Below, piece after piece: positions 46,031 through 60,390 of a stretch of DNA of 64,000 nucleotides (positions within the stretch are counted from its first letter, which is position 1; the number at the start of each line of letters is the position of its first letter). The position numbers were made by a program, and so were the translations under genes. Origin of the DNA: Okamejei kenojei (taxonomy: Eukaryota); NCBI GenBank assembly GCA_035221665.1, contig CM069147.1, forward strand, positions 44,020,001 to 44,084,000. The letters run 5' to 3'. The notes below the pieces were generated by a model that was not told the DNA's origin, ran no database searches, and saw only the letters and a list, made by a program, of their open reading frames with translations.

Positions 46031-49000
46031 CTACTCAGGAAGTGACCCAAAGTTAGGTCAGCTCCTGCAGTGTCTTGATTTGGGGCTTAACCCTATTTTA
46101 TTATCAAGTTTGTCCCACTCAAAAGTCACAGAGCATTCAGAGTTACCTCAGCCACGTACCATTTAACCGGCATTCCTTGAAAGGACAACTGGAAAGAATA
46201 CTGAAAAGTATATATTTTTTAAATGTTGAGGCAGGAGAAGGCATATCCCTTCTGACAGACCTTACTCTGGCTTTGTGACCAATAAAGTACTGCAGGGATG
46301 GTCACTGTTGCTTTCTGCTTCCCAGCTCTGTGCTAATGAGCTTGGTGGATCCAGATTGTCATGTTCATGGACTTTGGCCTCATTAGTGCACGTTCCAGTC
46401 TCTGGGTCAGTATTATTCTTCTCATGTCAATTTAATCTATTCAAAATCAACTCAGCATTAACATCTATATACTTTCGTTCATTTAGAAATAGAATAATCA
46501 GTCAAGGATTACAGTAGAAAATAAATAAATATAATCATAAATATTTATAAAAGTCATGAAAGTGCTCAGTTTTTAAATATTTCCTACAGATCTCATGACG
46601 GGAATAAATATGAAATATAAAATGTGAAATGTAATATTTTATAAATGAAGTATGGGATTCCTTTCTTGGAATATATAAAACCGAGTGTTGGTTAATAAAT
46701 TAGTAGATCATTTCTAACTATCGACTCTCGTGAAATCTTATGCTTCCGTCTTTTGAACTGAGGCTCTAATTCTAAATTTTGACATAATTTTCAACTTTAT
46801 TCCATCTATTTTTCTGTGGTGCATAGAAGCTATCGTATTCCTGTGCATCAGTCATCGTAGTAGGGTTACCAGAAACTGATGAACCATGACCCATCAGACT
46901 CCCACGGCACAGCCTTGAACATATTTCAGTCCATGTGGAATACAAATAATGCTGTCCACTAAACTGGAGACTGTAAAAGGGCTAACAATCTCCTGCTTAA
47001 TTTAAAGACAATTGTGCCACTCCTAGCCAACAAAAACATGAGAGAAGGTGAATTCCTTTGTTTACCAGAGCCACGTTGATCAGGCAGTTTAACTGCACTC
47101 CCAACAGAAGTATTAATACATACGGATATATAGTTGTGTATTCATTGGGATATATAAGTGCACAAATACAAAAGTGCTTTGGATTTCAGGAACACAGTGC
47201 TTATTCCATTAACGAGTGCAAGTTTAACCAAGTTAATGAGTTACCAAGTGGAACAACTGTGATATTTTCCAATGGTGGAGGCGGCATTCTAGACATCCGA
47301 TTGACCATTTTCACGCTCACCTTCTATGTATAAATTTGTCAATGATCTCAATAGAAAATTAGATCTGGCAATGATTACAACCATTCACCAAACTATACAT
47401 GAGATTGACGTCAACGCAAAGGGCTGAAAACCTATGTCGAGTGTTATTAAAAATTTAAGATTTAGGGATGCACTTAGAACTTTGATCTAATATGGTTTTC
47501 TTATTCTGCTGTGCTGTACACTGCCATGCAAAGTAGACTCACTGAATGTTTAGGAGGAGGACTGACTCTCTGACATCATTATATGCTAGTGGATTGCAAA
47601 GGAGAATGCTACGGCGAACATGTCTGTATGAGTGGTACTGCAGGAGTTCACCTGAGGGCAAAGGTTTATTTGTTTTTTATTTTATTTATGTGCTGCTTGT
47701 ATAAGTTTATTTCAGGTTGTATAAGTATTTTGTGGGCCAGCTGGGTACCATCAGTAAACCATATATTTTTTTGTGCAATTGATTCTCCAGAATGCGTAGC
47801 TGCAGTTATGGTGAGGAAGATATCATGTTAGCAACAGTGTACCCAGTGAGTGAGAATGAGAAAAATAATGTTAAATTTTGAAAATACAACAAAACTCAAT
47901 TTTTAACATTGTCATATTTCAGTAAAATGTGAAAAAGCATATTGCATGAATGAGATTTTCTGCTGCAGTTAAAAGCATGCATAGTTTATCTGGAATGTAT
48001 GTTTAATCTATACATCGTGCACCACCTAAATTTGATGGACTGAGTGGCTTCATCCTGTTTCTGTTTCTAGTTTCTGGGTTTCTATTCTGTCTTTTCATAC
48101 CATTTGGTCTTTTTATAATGTTTTCACATCAAGTCAAGCCAAATGACTTGAAGAACGTGTGATGATAAAATGCAGATTATTTCTCATTAATTCAAAATGG
48201 AACTTGCACTATTTAACTGATAGATTGCTTGGCTATGCCGGAATTGTGGGACATAGTTGGCCACAGTGAGGTATCAGGACCCTACATTGAATGGTAGGAT
48301 GCAAGTAAAGTCCAAAAGCCCCCTTGTGATTTTTCCTTTGACTCTATCATCAAGTGAAGGCTAGCAAATCCTCAGGATGAACACATCTGCGTTGAACCTT
48401 CAAGCTCTTAGCATGTCAGACCTGGGCAGTCGGAATCAATTTGTCCCATTGTGAAGAGGTCAGGTCTTCACCTGTGGGTCTCTTCCACAATTTTGTGTTC
48501 TTACCTTTTCTGACTTCCAGGTTCTGACTGTTTAATGGACTTTCCTGAAATAATCACCCACTGGTTCTACCAACTCAACGGCCATTTAATGGGAGCAATA
48601 ATATCGTAAAACTGTGAACTGGTATCAGATTAATCTCATTCACTCTTTATTGTCCAATGAAATCCTGAACTGACCACATCACTTCTATTTTTTTTTTGTG
48701 ACTCTCGAATATAATTGAGAGATACCCATATTAACAAATTGCTAATATGTGATTGTTTTAAAATTTTGCATTCCATAGTAAGCGTTTTTATTTTGTGAAC
48801 AAAATATATGTGAACAATATAGTACAATATAAGTTTTGCTAAATGTTGTCTGCAGATTATATTCACTGAAGTTAAATGGTATTATTGTGTGGCTAAATGT
48901 CCAATTTCCAGAATAAAGCCTGGGCAATTATCAAAATGTAGAATAATTTGAATATGTTTAGTTTTTTGTATAAATTGACAGAATGTTATTTGATTTTTGC

Positions 49001-50203
49001 AAATTTTATGCTTGTGATTTCTTAGTATTATTTCATTTTAGAAAAATATAGAAATAGAAGGTTCCAGTAAGAAAAGTAATTGATTAGTGACATATAAATT
49101 TTTAAAGGACCAAGTCGGTGTCATTTTAAATCTGAAAAATGTCATCCTGCTTAACATGTCAGTGTACACTTGTTGTTCCACGAGCTACACCCTCTTTATG
49201 TCGATACCCATATCACAAAGATGACTTTTCCTCCCTTACATCAATAAATATTTCTGAAAATAAGACTTTTAGAGCTGAATAATTCATTATTTATGATCAG
49301 AAGACATATTTGAGGAAATGTAATACCCATTTACCACTATCTTCTTTCGAGAGTGTTTGTCTCTGGTCGTGGATTTTCATTGTCAGAGGTTGTGACATCT
49401 ATTCTCCATGTGATCTATCAAATGTACAGACAAACCCGCCTGTCATTTGTTGCAAAAGGACCATAAAGAGCCAGTATGGATCCTAAATATCAAGTGCGGA
49501 GGTGGTTCAGCAATAATGTAATTATATTACTCATTCACTTGTTGCATTGGGAATACACGTTTTTTGTGATTGAATTTTAAGGAATTCTAAGTGTCCCCAT
49601 CACATGGTTAGCAAGATGTAAGCAAGCACTTTTTGCAATGGTTCGAGGCAGGCTACCTTAAAATATCTTCAACATTTTATAATAAGCAGAATGTACAAAT
49701 GATATGGAAACCACCAGCATCGTGGATTTAGAAATAAAGTTTACAGTCCTTGCACCAGAGAGCAGTTTGCACCTGTAAAAGAGAAGTTGCAATGACAATG
49801 TCGTTAAATAATAAGCACAATGCGAACAAAAGAAAGGCCAGGCGGGAGGAAATTGGGATGATGAGTGTGGATTCCATTACAGGGTGGCAGCTGATGGTTT
49901 TTCAAGTGAAAGGAGGCTTTGAAATGCTGGAATGAAATGGAAAACATTTGGTTGACCTTTGAAAAATCACAGGTGTACAACCATCCTTCAACAAGTGAGT
50001 TACAGGTATTGATCAAATGCACCACCAACAGAAAGTTAATCACTAATTCCTGACCCAATACCTCGTGTGCTATAATAAGCAAAAACAACAAAAAAAGCAT
50101 ATTCTAACATCAATGAGGGAGTGAAAAGAGATTAAAGGTCAAGAAAACAAGATTGCAGCTAAATAAGATTGCACGAATATCTACAAAAATCGATAGGTGG
50201 TTT

Positions 50204-50522
50204 GGGTGGCATGGTGGCGTAGAAGAGGAGCTACTGCCTTATATGCCAGAGACCTGAGTTTGATCCTGACTACGGGTGCTGTCTGTATGGAGTTTGTACA
50301 TTCTCCCCCATGACCTGCATGGGTTTTCTCCGAGATCTTTGATTTCCTTCCACACTCTGTAGAAGTACAGATTTCTATGTTAATTGGCTTGGTGTATGTG
50401 TAAAGTTGTCCCTCGTGTGTGTGTGTGTGTACGGTAGTATTAATGTGCGAGGATTGCTGGTCAGTGCAGACTCGGTGGGCCGAAGGGCCTGTTTCTGTGC
50501 TGTTTCTCTGAAACTAAAAAAA
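50204..50522 (+). mobile_element. Full-length HE1-type SINE
   Basis: gggtggcatggtggcg...gagtttgatcctgactacggg...gggccgaagggcctgtttctgtgctgtttctctgaaactaaa. Confidence 0.9.
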
Positions 50523-50871
50523 CCTAGATTGAGAAACATCATCAAAAATGTTGGGAAATGGACTATCAAGTGAAAGGGTGGGAGAACCTGATTTGAAGAT
50601 GAGGGTAGTTGTGGTTACCAGTCACTCTTTTCAGTGTAGCTGCCGAAGTCCTCAGAGGCAGACATATTCTTGAAATGTGTACTCACTGGGGATAGACTGG
50701 AGGCAAACAACGAGGAAATGGAGCAGGGGAGAGTTGAAATGGCTTGTTACACAGTTGGAGTAATATGTATAAACCGAGAGGTGAGGATATGCTGGCTGCT
50801 TTGATAGAGGAAACCGCCATCAATATAAAGAAAGACTGAAGAACAAAATGTGTTTCTTCTGCAACATGGCA

Positions 50872-51125
50872 TGTAGAAATAAGGAACTACAGATGCAGGT
50901 TGGTGGACAAAAGGTCACAAAGTGCTGAAGTAACTCAGCAGATCAGGCAGCATCTCGGGACAACATGGATAGAAGATGTTTCAGACCCTTCTTCAGACTG
51001 TTTGTGTGTGGTGGGGGGGGGGGGGGGTGCTGAGAAAACTGGAAGATGGACAAGCAGGACAGAGTGTGGCAGATAACTGGGAAAGGAGGTGTATAATAGG
51101 CAGATGGTTGGAGCTAAGTCCAGAG
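50872..51125 (-). mobile_element. Penelope 3' fragment
   Basis: aaggaactacagatgc...cagacccttcttcagactg then poly-G and a purine-rich region. Confidence 0.8.
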
Positions 51126-51921
51126 ATTTCTTATGATGGCCCACACCAAAGCTTACCATATATTCCCTTTCTAATGTTACAGCAGCTACCTGTCGTCACT
51201 GCCTCATGTGCTGGGAAAGTGTGTGTTTATGTTTACCCAACAATCTGACATTTCACCAGCCGTGCCACTGAAATTATACGCCAGTGAGTTTAAGAATGCC
51301 GGGAATATGTCGGAAGCGATGAGACCAGAAAAGGCATTTGACAAGATGGAAGGCAGGAAAGATTAAATGACAAAAAGTCAAGAAATGGGGAAAGTGAAGA
51401 AAATTAAAAATGGGTCAGGAGGATGCATAAACGGAAATAGCAGAAACATAAGATTGCTGAAGAGGTAGCAGATTTGATTTATTTGGTACTTTGATTGGAA
51501 GGGAGATGGAAGTACCTAAGACCTCCCAGAATAGCTGTGGATAACATTAGGATAATAAAACACACACTTTCCAACCCAGTGAGGAGATTCCAAGGCAAAC
51601 ATTAATAGTTAGTTGGAGAGGGAACAAGGATATAACCTCAATCCTTGCCTCACATGTTGTTTCATCCACATTTCCTTATTTCTGCACAATATATAATTTC
51701 AACACCAACCCCTTTTGTCTCTTATATATATATTTTTAAAGCTCTGTGCTATTCCACTTGGTGCTGTTAAGAGGAGATCTTAACTAACTTAATGTGCCAT
51801 GGAGTTTCTGGTTGCTGGTCTTGGGGATACAGAAATGGAATGGAGACAAAGGGGAGCTGGGTGGAGTAAATGTTTTGAAGAGCTGAAATCAGTAATGGTT
51901 TATAAAATGTTGTTTGGTGAT

Positions 51922-52096
51922 TATCCTACAAACCCGCATGCCTTTGGTATGCGGGAGGAAACCGGAGCACCCGGAGGAAACCCACATGGTCACAGGGAGA
52001 TCGTGCAAGCTCCACAAAAGCAACACCCAAGATTAGGATCAAACCCGAGTCTCTGGAGCAGGAAGGGCACAGCTCAGACAGCTTTGCCACTGTACT
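51922..52096 (-). mobile_element. HE1-like SINE 5' half
   Basis: ctttggtatgcgggaggaaaccggagcacccggaggaaacccac...aggatcaaacccgag. Confidence 0.8.
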
Positions 52097-52829
52097 GCTC
52101 TTCCATAACATTTCTGGTTGTTTTGTATGTATTCCTTCCGACAGGAACTCTTCTCTCTCCATTAATTAATACACTGATTTGTCCTTCACATGTTGAATTT
52201 CATCTGCCATTTCATAGCCAAATATTTAAGTCTTTTTGGTAAATTCCTGATCTCATCTCTACACAATTTTTCAAACTTTCCACCTTGCCCTTGAAAATTG
52301 GAGAAACAAAACTATTCTTTCATCCATGTCTTCCCACGTGTCGGGTGAAATTACCATTACTCATAAAGCTGATTGGGGGAACACAGTGTGCTAATTGATG
52401 TTTTCTGAAAAAAAATCTGTGGCTGCAAATGAACCAGTTAGAACTAATTATCCATGTAACATAACTTGACATATGCTTTTCTTAACGTTGGACTCAATTA
52501 TAGAATTTCCTACCTTATTGATGCCTATTCTGACCAAGGATTCACATCAGATACATTTTCCTATGTCAATGTAGGTTGTCCTGTCTCATGTCTTATGTTT
52601 CATGTGCTCCAAAGTACTGCAGTTCTTTCATCAAGCAAAATATTTTGCAAAACTGATTATATCCAGAGGCTAATGCAATTAGAATTGGACACAAGGCTTG
52701 ATTGTAGTTTAATGTGACAGATGTGTGGATGGGGTTTAGGCGTAATATTTGGATGAGCTATATTATTTGAGGCATGACAACAGTGGGCAAAGTGAACTCT
52801 TTCCTTAGTACTTGAGGCATGACAATAAT

Positions 52830-53290
52830 GACACGATATGATACGACATGATACGATAGGACTTTATTTATCCCAGGAGGGAAATTGATCTGCCAACAGT
52901 CATAAACACAAGAAACATGAAAGGTGAAATTAAAGTGATGAGTGGAAAGGGTTGGGGATGTGCAAAGAATGCGGTGGGGGGGAGTCAGTCTACCCCACAA
53001 CAGAAGGTGGAGGAGTTGGTACAGTTTGATAGCCACAGGGCAGACAGATCTCCTGTGGCGTTCTGTACTGCATCTTGGTGGAACCAGTCTGTTGCTGAAG
53101 ATACTCCTCAGGTTGACCAGTGTGTCATGGAAGGGGTGAGCTGTATTGACCAAGATGCTCCGTAGTTGGAGGAGCATCCTCACCTCCAAGACCAACTCCC
53201 ATGAATCCAACTTCCCCACCGGGACAGAGCCAGCCTTTCTGATGAGTTTGTTAATCCTGTTGATGTCTGCGGCCTTCGCCCTGCAGCCCA
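52830..53290 (-). mobile_element. Young 5'-truncated Rex1 LINE with (GTATC)n-type tail
   Basis: Open frame KAADINRINKLIRKAGSV...ILVNTAHPFHDTL...RLVPPRCSTERHRRSVCPVAIKLY; 3'UTR ending gggataaataaagtcctatcgtatc. Confidence 0.9.
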
Positions 53291-55088
53291 AATGGGCCCA
53301 TTTTAACCCTTCTCCCTTGATGATAACTTAGCAAGTTGCCAGTTAAATAGACTGGTGTAACCAAGATTCGCTTGCCTTTATAGGCTGGAATCTTAATCTG
53401 CTCTTCTGAGCCTATGAGCGGAACACTTGCAAGAGAACAGCAAAACTTTCCATCAAAAGTGTAGATTATGTTCCAATGAAGATATCGAGCCTCACCTGCA
53501 AATTTAATCTGAGGTCTTCATTTAGTTATTTAACATTATTTATTTGTTCGCAGAATCACTTGCATGAAACATGTTAATACCCAGTCATAAAGGCAACTTT
53601 ATCAAATATCTTATTAGATATATATATTTGAAAATCTTGTGCATTTTAACGGATTTTATATGTGGCCACTGCTGGGTGTTTCTATGACTTTGGGGATCTT
53701 TAACCCTTGTGCAGAACAGTTCTGAATGTTTGGGTATTACGGTTAAATCTCCGTAACCATTGTATTAAATTGGCAACATTGTGATTGAAACCATTTTCTT
53801 CAAACACATTTTATTATTAGTGGATTTATTAGTCACATGCAACCTTTTGTATGTGTGAAGGCAGCTATTATTGAACAGCAGGTCTTTTCTGATGCCTGCT
53901 ATAAAACCATCTTATGTCCAATTTGGGATTAGAAACAAGTTTTTAAACAGGGAATGTCTAGAAGAATGCGCAGTATGAGGTATCAAAAAATGTGTCCTTA
54001 CTAAAGTAAAATACAAAAGATGAAGGAAGCTGCAGAAAAAATAGCACACAATGCTGAATAAAAAGATAAGTGCTGAACAAATCTTGATTCCAACATAAAA
54101 CATTTCCATTGCTGCTCTTTTGACCCTGGGTGCAGCTTCTACAAAGCTGAAGCTTTTAGCTCTGAAATTAAGGTTGTTCTAAATTTATTACTATTAAGTA
54201 TTCAATTTATTCTTTTTTTCAACCGCAAATGAAGAAGGCATTAAGCGTTCAAATTCTGCATTCATTTTGTATTTGCGCCCCCCCAAGAAATAAAGGTACT
54301 TTATACATTGTTTGGAGATTGAAAACCCAACACTTTTGTGACCATCTGTGCATTTATTTTCTAATTTTGCTCCACATGTTCTCTGCTTCCCCATTTACCA
54401 GCCTCCAGTGCTTACACTACAATAAAATCCTCCCCTGTTAGGTCGTTTAACGTGTCAATCTCTTTTGTGGATGTTATTCCTTTTGTTGATCGAAGAGAAC
54501 TCTCTTGTAGAATGTAAACATGGTTTCCCCTAGCAGAAGTGAATCTTCCTTTCCCAGGGATGACCTGCCTGAGACAGGAACACGCGATTCAATATGATTC
54601 TAGAGTATCTGCATCAGCTGAGAGTTGTGTTCAAATGTACAGTTCCTGTTCAGGAGTCCAGTCGTCTAACTATGGAGCAATTGTTTGCTGGCTTGGTACA
54701 CTGCAAACAAGGAATCAGAAAGCAAAAACAACTGTATTCACAAATCTTCACAGACAAGTGAATATACTAAGTTTCTGATTGCCAATTGTTTTCAATGATC
54801 CATTTGCTTTGCAAAGTTGGCAAAGTTGAATGCCTGCTTTTCACTGAGGGATTTTATCCAGAGCAATATTGTTTTTAGAGGCTAACTTGGAGAAATTCAT
54901 CACTGCTTGTTACTTCAAGTAATGAATTCAGTTCTTTGTGGGATCTTTAAACGTGCAGAGTGCAAGCAGGTGGTTGCGAAGTGGAAAAGCCCCAATCTCC
55001 CTTTCAGCAGGCCTGTGTTTAAATGGTGGTCTCGACTGTCATTTTAACTCAAGCTCCACAATCGTTGAGTATTGCCTGTGTTTAGTTA

Positions 55089-55107
55089 GGCCACCAGATG
55101 GAGCAGT
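55089..55107 (+). promoter_or_regulatory. Candidate CTCF binding site
   Basis: GGCCACCAGATGGAGCAGT closely matches the CTCF core CCASYAGRKGGCRS (one mismatch) in unique sequence. Confidence 0.6.
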
Positions 55108-58100
55108 ATGTAGTTATAAAACATTTAAAATCTGCTGGGAACCCTGGCCCACACTACAGAAGCACACCTCACGTCGGTGCCTACAAAGCAGTGTTGACAA
55201 TAGATCTGGAGATGTCCTGGGCTGAAGCTGTCTGCTATTCCAGGCAGACACATGACGCAGGAAATTAATAAACTTTAGGCGGAGGGAGTAAAAAAAAAGT
55301 TTAAATCAATGAAGCACTCTTAAAGTTCCACCTCAGAAGTGTATCATCTGTTGTGACTGATATATGAAAAAGGCTTAATATTGTTGTGGATTTCTGAAGT
55401 ACTTTTGTCAGAAATGTCATAACCAGATTGAGAAAAGTAAAGTTGAAAGAATTTCAAGGACAAGATTTAAAGCATTCTTACCGTCATATCTGTTAGATTT
55501 TCTGTGGGGATGCATCACTTAAAATGGTGCTGACACTAACTAATCTTTTTTACTTAAGTCATATTTTATGCCATTGCTTCAGGAGCTGTGTCTAGGAAAT
55601 GTCTAGATAAAAAAAGCCCTTGTCCCAGTAATTAATTATTCCTTCATATTATTCTACAGGGTAAAATTACAGATGTTATTGATAAAGCCAGCAGACACAC
55701 AGGAGGGAGGGAAACCTGTCTTCTGAATAAGTGCACAGAACTGAAATATTTTGACTTGCACAAAATTTCCAGATGCCCGTGTGCAGACTCCTCGTCTTTT
55801 CTCAGCGCTTCATATGTGGCAGGAGAATTGTCTGGTTGTCAAGATTTGTGATGACCTCAAATTGTGTCCATAGCAGCAAATGTCATTCTTTTGTTGTGAC
55901 GCTGAGCGCTGGCTCTCGTCGCATTGGCGATGTGATTTTTTGGAGAGCTTGTGATAAATTGATCTTACATTTTCAAAAATCATTGAACCCCTACTGATTA
56001 TTCTGTATGTAAATTCTCTATTCACCACAACATAAAGTTTAGCAGCCTCCCACCTCTACAGGAGACACTAAAATGGATTCTGCACCACATTGTTCCCAGC
56101 TCTAGTCCTTTGGCGGGTTATGTTCAGCACCGCTTTGTTTTGTTCCTCATAATTGCCTAAATGTTCTCTTCAGGGTTTAGGTCTAGATTTAATCGTGGCC
56201 AACTTAGAATGCCTACTGTTTTTGATAAAGCACTGTTGTGTGTACCAGCCCTAGTGTTTCCGCATTATAATAATGCATCGCTGTTGGGGTACAGCATTGT
56301 GGCAGCCCAGTGCAGATGCCCATCAACAGTTCCTGGACAAGTCACCTATTGAAATGTAAATAAGCCTCACCCCCATCAGAGCTGCAATAATAAAGGATGC
56401 GAGACCGCATTACTCAAGACATGACCACTGCGGACATAAAATTATGCTTAAAAGATATTTAGAATGTGATTCCAAAATGAAAAATCTATACAGTTTGATG
56501 GAGTTTAATTTCCTGACTTATATGATATGCAGTATACCTTCTTGAAATGTCTTTGGAATTAATAATAAACATATTTTTAATGACCACTGTGCAGTTCTTT
56601 GTAGTAAATTGATGCAAGCTTGATAATGCAAGATATTGAACATTTGTTTATTGTAAAGGCTATATCTCCTTGCAGCTTTAATTTAGTTTATCTTCATTTT
56701 GCGGGATGACAGTGTAGGATTTTCTGTGCAAATGAACGTCTATTGTAGCCGGAGGCTAAATCAGCAGGAGTGAAAATGTGTGACCATGCATACCCAGGAT
56801 GAATGTTTGGTTATGTAGTGTCAAAAATTAATGTACATTATTTGAGTGTTTAATACAAGTCAAACCCTTTGAGGTTAAATCTCGTGTGCAACCTCAAAAT
56901 CGTCTTCTGCTTTTCTTTCAACAAGCTGGGTTTTGTATAAAAATAAATCAGTTTTACCATGGGTAAGAACAAAAAATATTCCTTTCATATGCCAATTATC
57001 TATTTTCCATTAAACATTGCTCTCTTTATTCTCCCCTTTTTTTTTAACTTAATTTCTTCTTTACTTTGAAATTATTCTTTTGGAATTTGTAACTCATTTA
57101 GAATTTTAGATTCACCATTATACTGCTGATGCCTTAGTCCTGGCACTTTATTCATTCTGAACTATTTCATAATTATTTCTGATTTGTAAAGCATTCTTTT
57201 TACTTTGGTTAAAAAAAAAAAAGTTTTAACTTTGATCATGAATTAGTTAAGGGATTGTGCTGAAAACTTGCAAATATATCCTGGGCTGCTGTGAATCCAC
57301 GCAACATAATGTGGAAATATGATTGCAACCCACGGCACTGCATATATCTTTTGATTTTCATCATTTTAGAAGCCCTCTGCTGAATTGTTGTTTGAATATA
57401 ATTCAAAGTTGAACAATGCCAGATATTACCTTTCAATAAGAAAATCCCAAACCTTTTGGGTATATACGCTTAAATATCCCCTTTAAATAATCAATTTTAT
57501 TTCGAACAATTTGCATTCGTACATTTATTATAAACTTAGTTGTTTGAATGTCAAGAAACATTAAGAAACCTTGACTATTTAATTTGATCCGTCATCGTGT
57601 TAACAAGCAAAAAGAACTGGATAAATGGATCTTTACTGTAAGTGATTAAACTTTTTGTAGGAATACATATTTAATCCCTTATTGATGGTTTTCCTATGTT
57701 TAGTGGCACACAATCAGACAACTCTGTCTATAGCAAAGTTTTTTTTATTCAAGTGAGGGTAGTATCACATTATCCAAATGCACTTTGGGCAGCTTGCATG
57801 TATGAATTATAAATTATGCGACATATGAGACACAAAGTTGATAATTCAAGGGAATCGGATCAGTGAATATATATATATATATTATGTCTTCTGCGTGGTT
57901 CAAACTATCCACTTGTACATGAGATAAATACATGACAACCTGGGAGACAGCAAACCGCAGCAATGCCCTTCCCGGCAATGAGAGATCAGTTCCTTGAAAC
58001 TCATCCGTATTTTCTGGTGTCATTTGATAACATGGGTTAAAAAAAAACTTCAAAATTAAGAGAAAGGAATATTAAAGAAAGAGCTGTCAAAATATTTGAA

Positions 58101-60185
58101 AAGTATTATGAAATTTCAAATATTTTGGAAGGACTTTTAGTATTTTCTAGAGCTGCCATGAAGGATAGGGATGCTGTATCTAAAAATGGACTGCATAACA
58201 TTTCGTTCCAAAGAAATGACAAATTCTGAACAGTGTTGCATGTTATCAAAGTAACACATTATATGTAACTGTTTAAAATTAAAGCTGATTGTTAATATCC
58301 TTCACTTTTAAATTCAAATACGTTTCACATACATTTTGATTAAAAATAAGAACGAAAACTAATAATTAGAAATGTCTTTCATAATACTTCATGGCCTATG
58401 TGTCAGTTTAATGTTGGAATTCTATATTAACAAGCAATTGGTTACTGAAGACCTAATAATATTTTTTAATTCCTGGTTCACTTTTAGGAAATTATTCCTT
58501 CCAAGGAGTGGCATAATTTAAAATGTATCACAAAGCCTTTAAAACTCATTGTTTCATAACGTTAAATTATCATACCACTTTACAGATTTTTACAACCCAT
58601 AATGAATGAATTTTGTTCAAGTAAGCTTTATTACAAAACAAAATATTTAAGGAAGTATGGCTTTGATAAATAGAATCTACAATTGGACCCTCACAATCAT
58701 TTAATAATTTTCAATTTTGTTAACTAGTTTGAACTTAATTTCTGACATTCTAATAAAGTGCAGATGTGTTTTTGTTTGTTGTTAGCATTATCTTTGTCAT
58801 AAGATATTTTTGGAAACCATTATTACAACATGCACAAAGTGAAGTACAGAGATAATTTGAAGAAACAGTATACAGTAAAATGTTAATGTTTCAATGCAGA
58901 GTATTTGTACGAACACTGCCATATATTCACTCACACACACAGAGTTATGTTCACGATCAAAAGATTGTACCTTCCGACTTAAAGTGAAATCATTTTGTTT
59001 CTATATAGACTAATAATCTAAATTAAATTAAACATTTCCGAAATGGAATTTCAAGAATATACAATTACGACGGTCTAAGTAATTTTGCTTCTATTTTCAT
59101 TTAATTATTTACTCTTCAGAACTCGTTTTATATATGTGCACCCTTTAAATACAGATTCACAACAAATTCCATGGGAGTTTTTTGTGTTTAAAATCAAATA
59201 AAATATACAATAAAAGGTTCATAATTGTTTTAATTATTTATGTTATTTTATTGCCCACCAAATGGATAAAATTGAGGGTTGTTTTTACCAAAACCTTTAC
59301 AACCTTTTACAATTTTCTGCAGCAGCATACAATAATCATGAGAAGATTAATGGTTCAGACACCTTCGAAAATTACATCGCACTTGGATAGTAAAAGAAAC
59401 AGGTTTTTGTGTTTTAGTGGGATATATTAGAACAAGATCATATTCAGTGAAACAATGAAATCACTGAATTTTCCTTTTAAGATATGATATGCTTTAACGG
59501 AGGACCCGCATTAAATAGATACATTTAAAGGTTGTGTTTCCACAGACAAATACTACTTTAACACATGTGATTTTGATTACATTTTTTGCTCTATTCTGTG
59601 TGACAATATATTTATTACATTTAATATTCTTCTCCCATAAATGGTGGAAAATTTGTAATCCAAGATGTGCATTTATTTGTTCTGAAGCACCTTTTCCCAA
59701 GAAGAAGTCTGGAAAAAGAAAAGTGCAGCTAGAGGTGTCAATGAAATCAAACCAGGAAATTCTCACTTAGCAGTAACCCTGGTCTCTTCCTATAACATTC
59801 AAAGATGCCAGAAAATGATATGCTCTGTCACACTAAAATAAGAAATCTGCTGATTGCTGAAATATTAATTTGTTTGCCATTGTTTCCCCAGCCTCCTTTG
59901 TGGCCCATGTGGGATGGCATGTAAATATTTGACTGTTCCAGTAGCTTCCATAGTGCCGTGCAGTGACACTGGATTAATTTGTGTCTCATGCATTATGATA
60001 GGGTGCCAAATATTTAACAGCTGGTCTTGAGCCTGATTGAATCAAAATATTGTTTTTACAAGTTGATGAAAGCTTGATTGATATGCTGCTGGTGATTCTT
60101 TGATGGATTAAATTGTGTTTACAGATTATAGCACATATACCATCGGCAGAAAATGTGATTCTCAGAGCTAAAAGTGCTGCCATAT

Positions 60186-60390
60186 TTCTTTCCCCCTCTC
60201 TCCCACTCTCGCTGTCCCTCTCCCCCTCTCCCTCTCTCCCTCTCTCCCTCCTTCACCCTCTCCCTCTCTCTACCTCCCCGTCTCTTCCCATCTCTCCTCC
60301 TGTCTCCCCCTCTCTCCCTCTCCCCCTCTCGCCCTCTCTCTTTCCCTCTCTCCCTCTCTCTCCATCTATATATGTGTGTGTGTGTGTGTG
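60186..60390. repeat. Compound (CT)-rich low-complexity tract followed by (TA)n(TG)n
   Basis: Direct inspection; explains the Pro/Ser/Leu-rich ORFs at 60113-60424. Confidence 0.95.

Noticed and set aside
4238-51000. Dispersed ~130-bp repeats and hairpins considered as a CRISPR-like array, miRNA precursors or DNA-transposon MITEs
   Set aside because: They are not regularly spaced, the context is eukaryotic, TSDs are long and variable (9-17 bp), arms are asymmetric, and the sequence is the terminus of GIY-YIG Penelope copies.
51322-51352. EKAFDKME-like peptide (L1 RT motif)
   Set aside because: Too short, and I could not extend it into flanking RT motifs.
51799-52242. 147-aa ORF
   Set aside because: Runs antisense through a SINE; typical spurious repeat-derived ORF.
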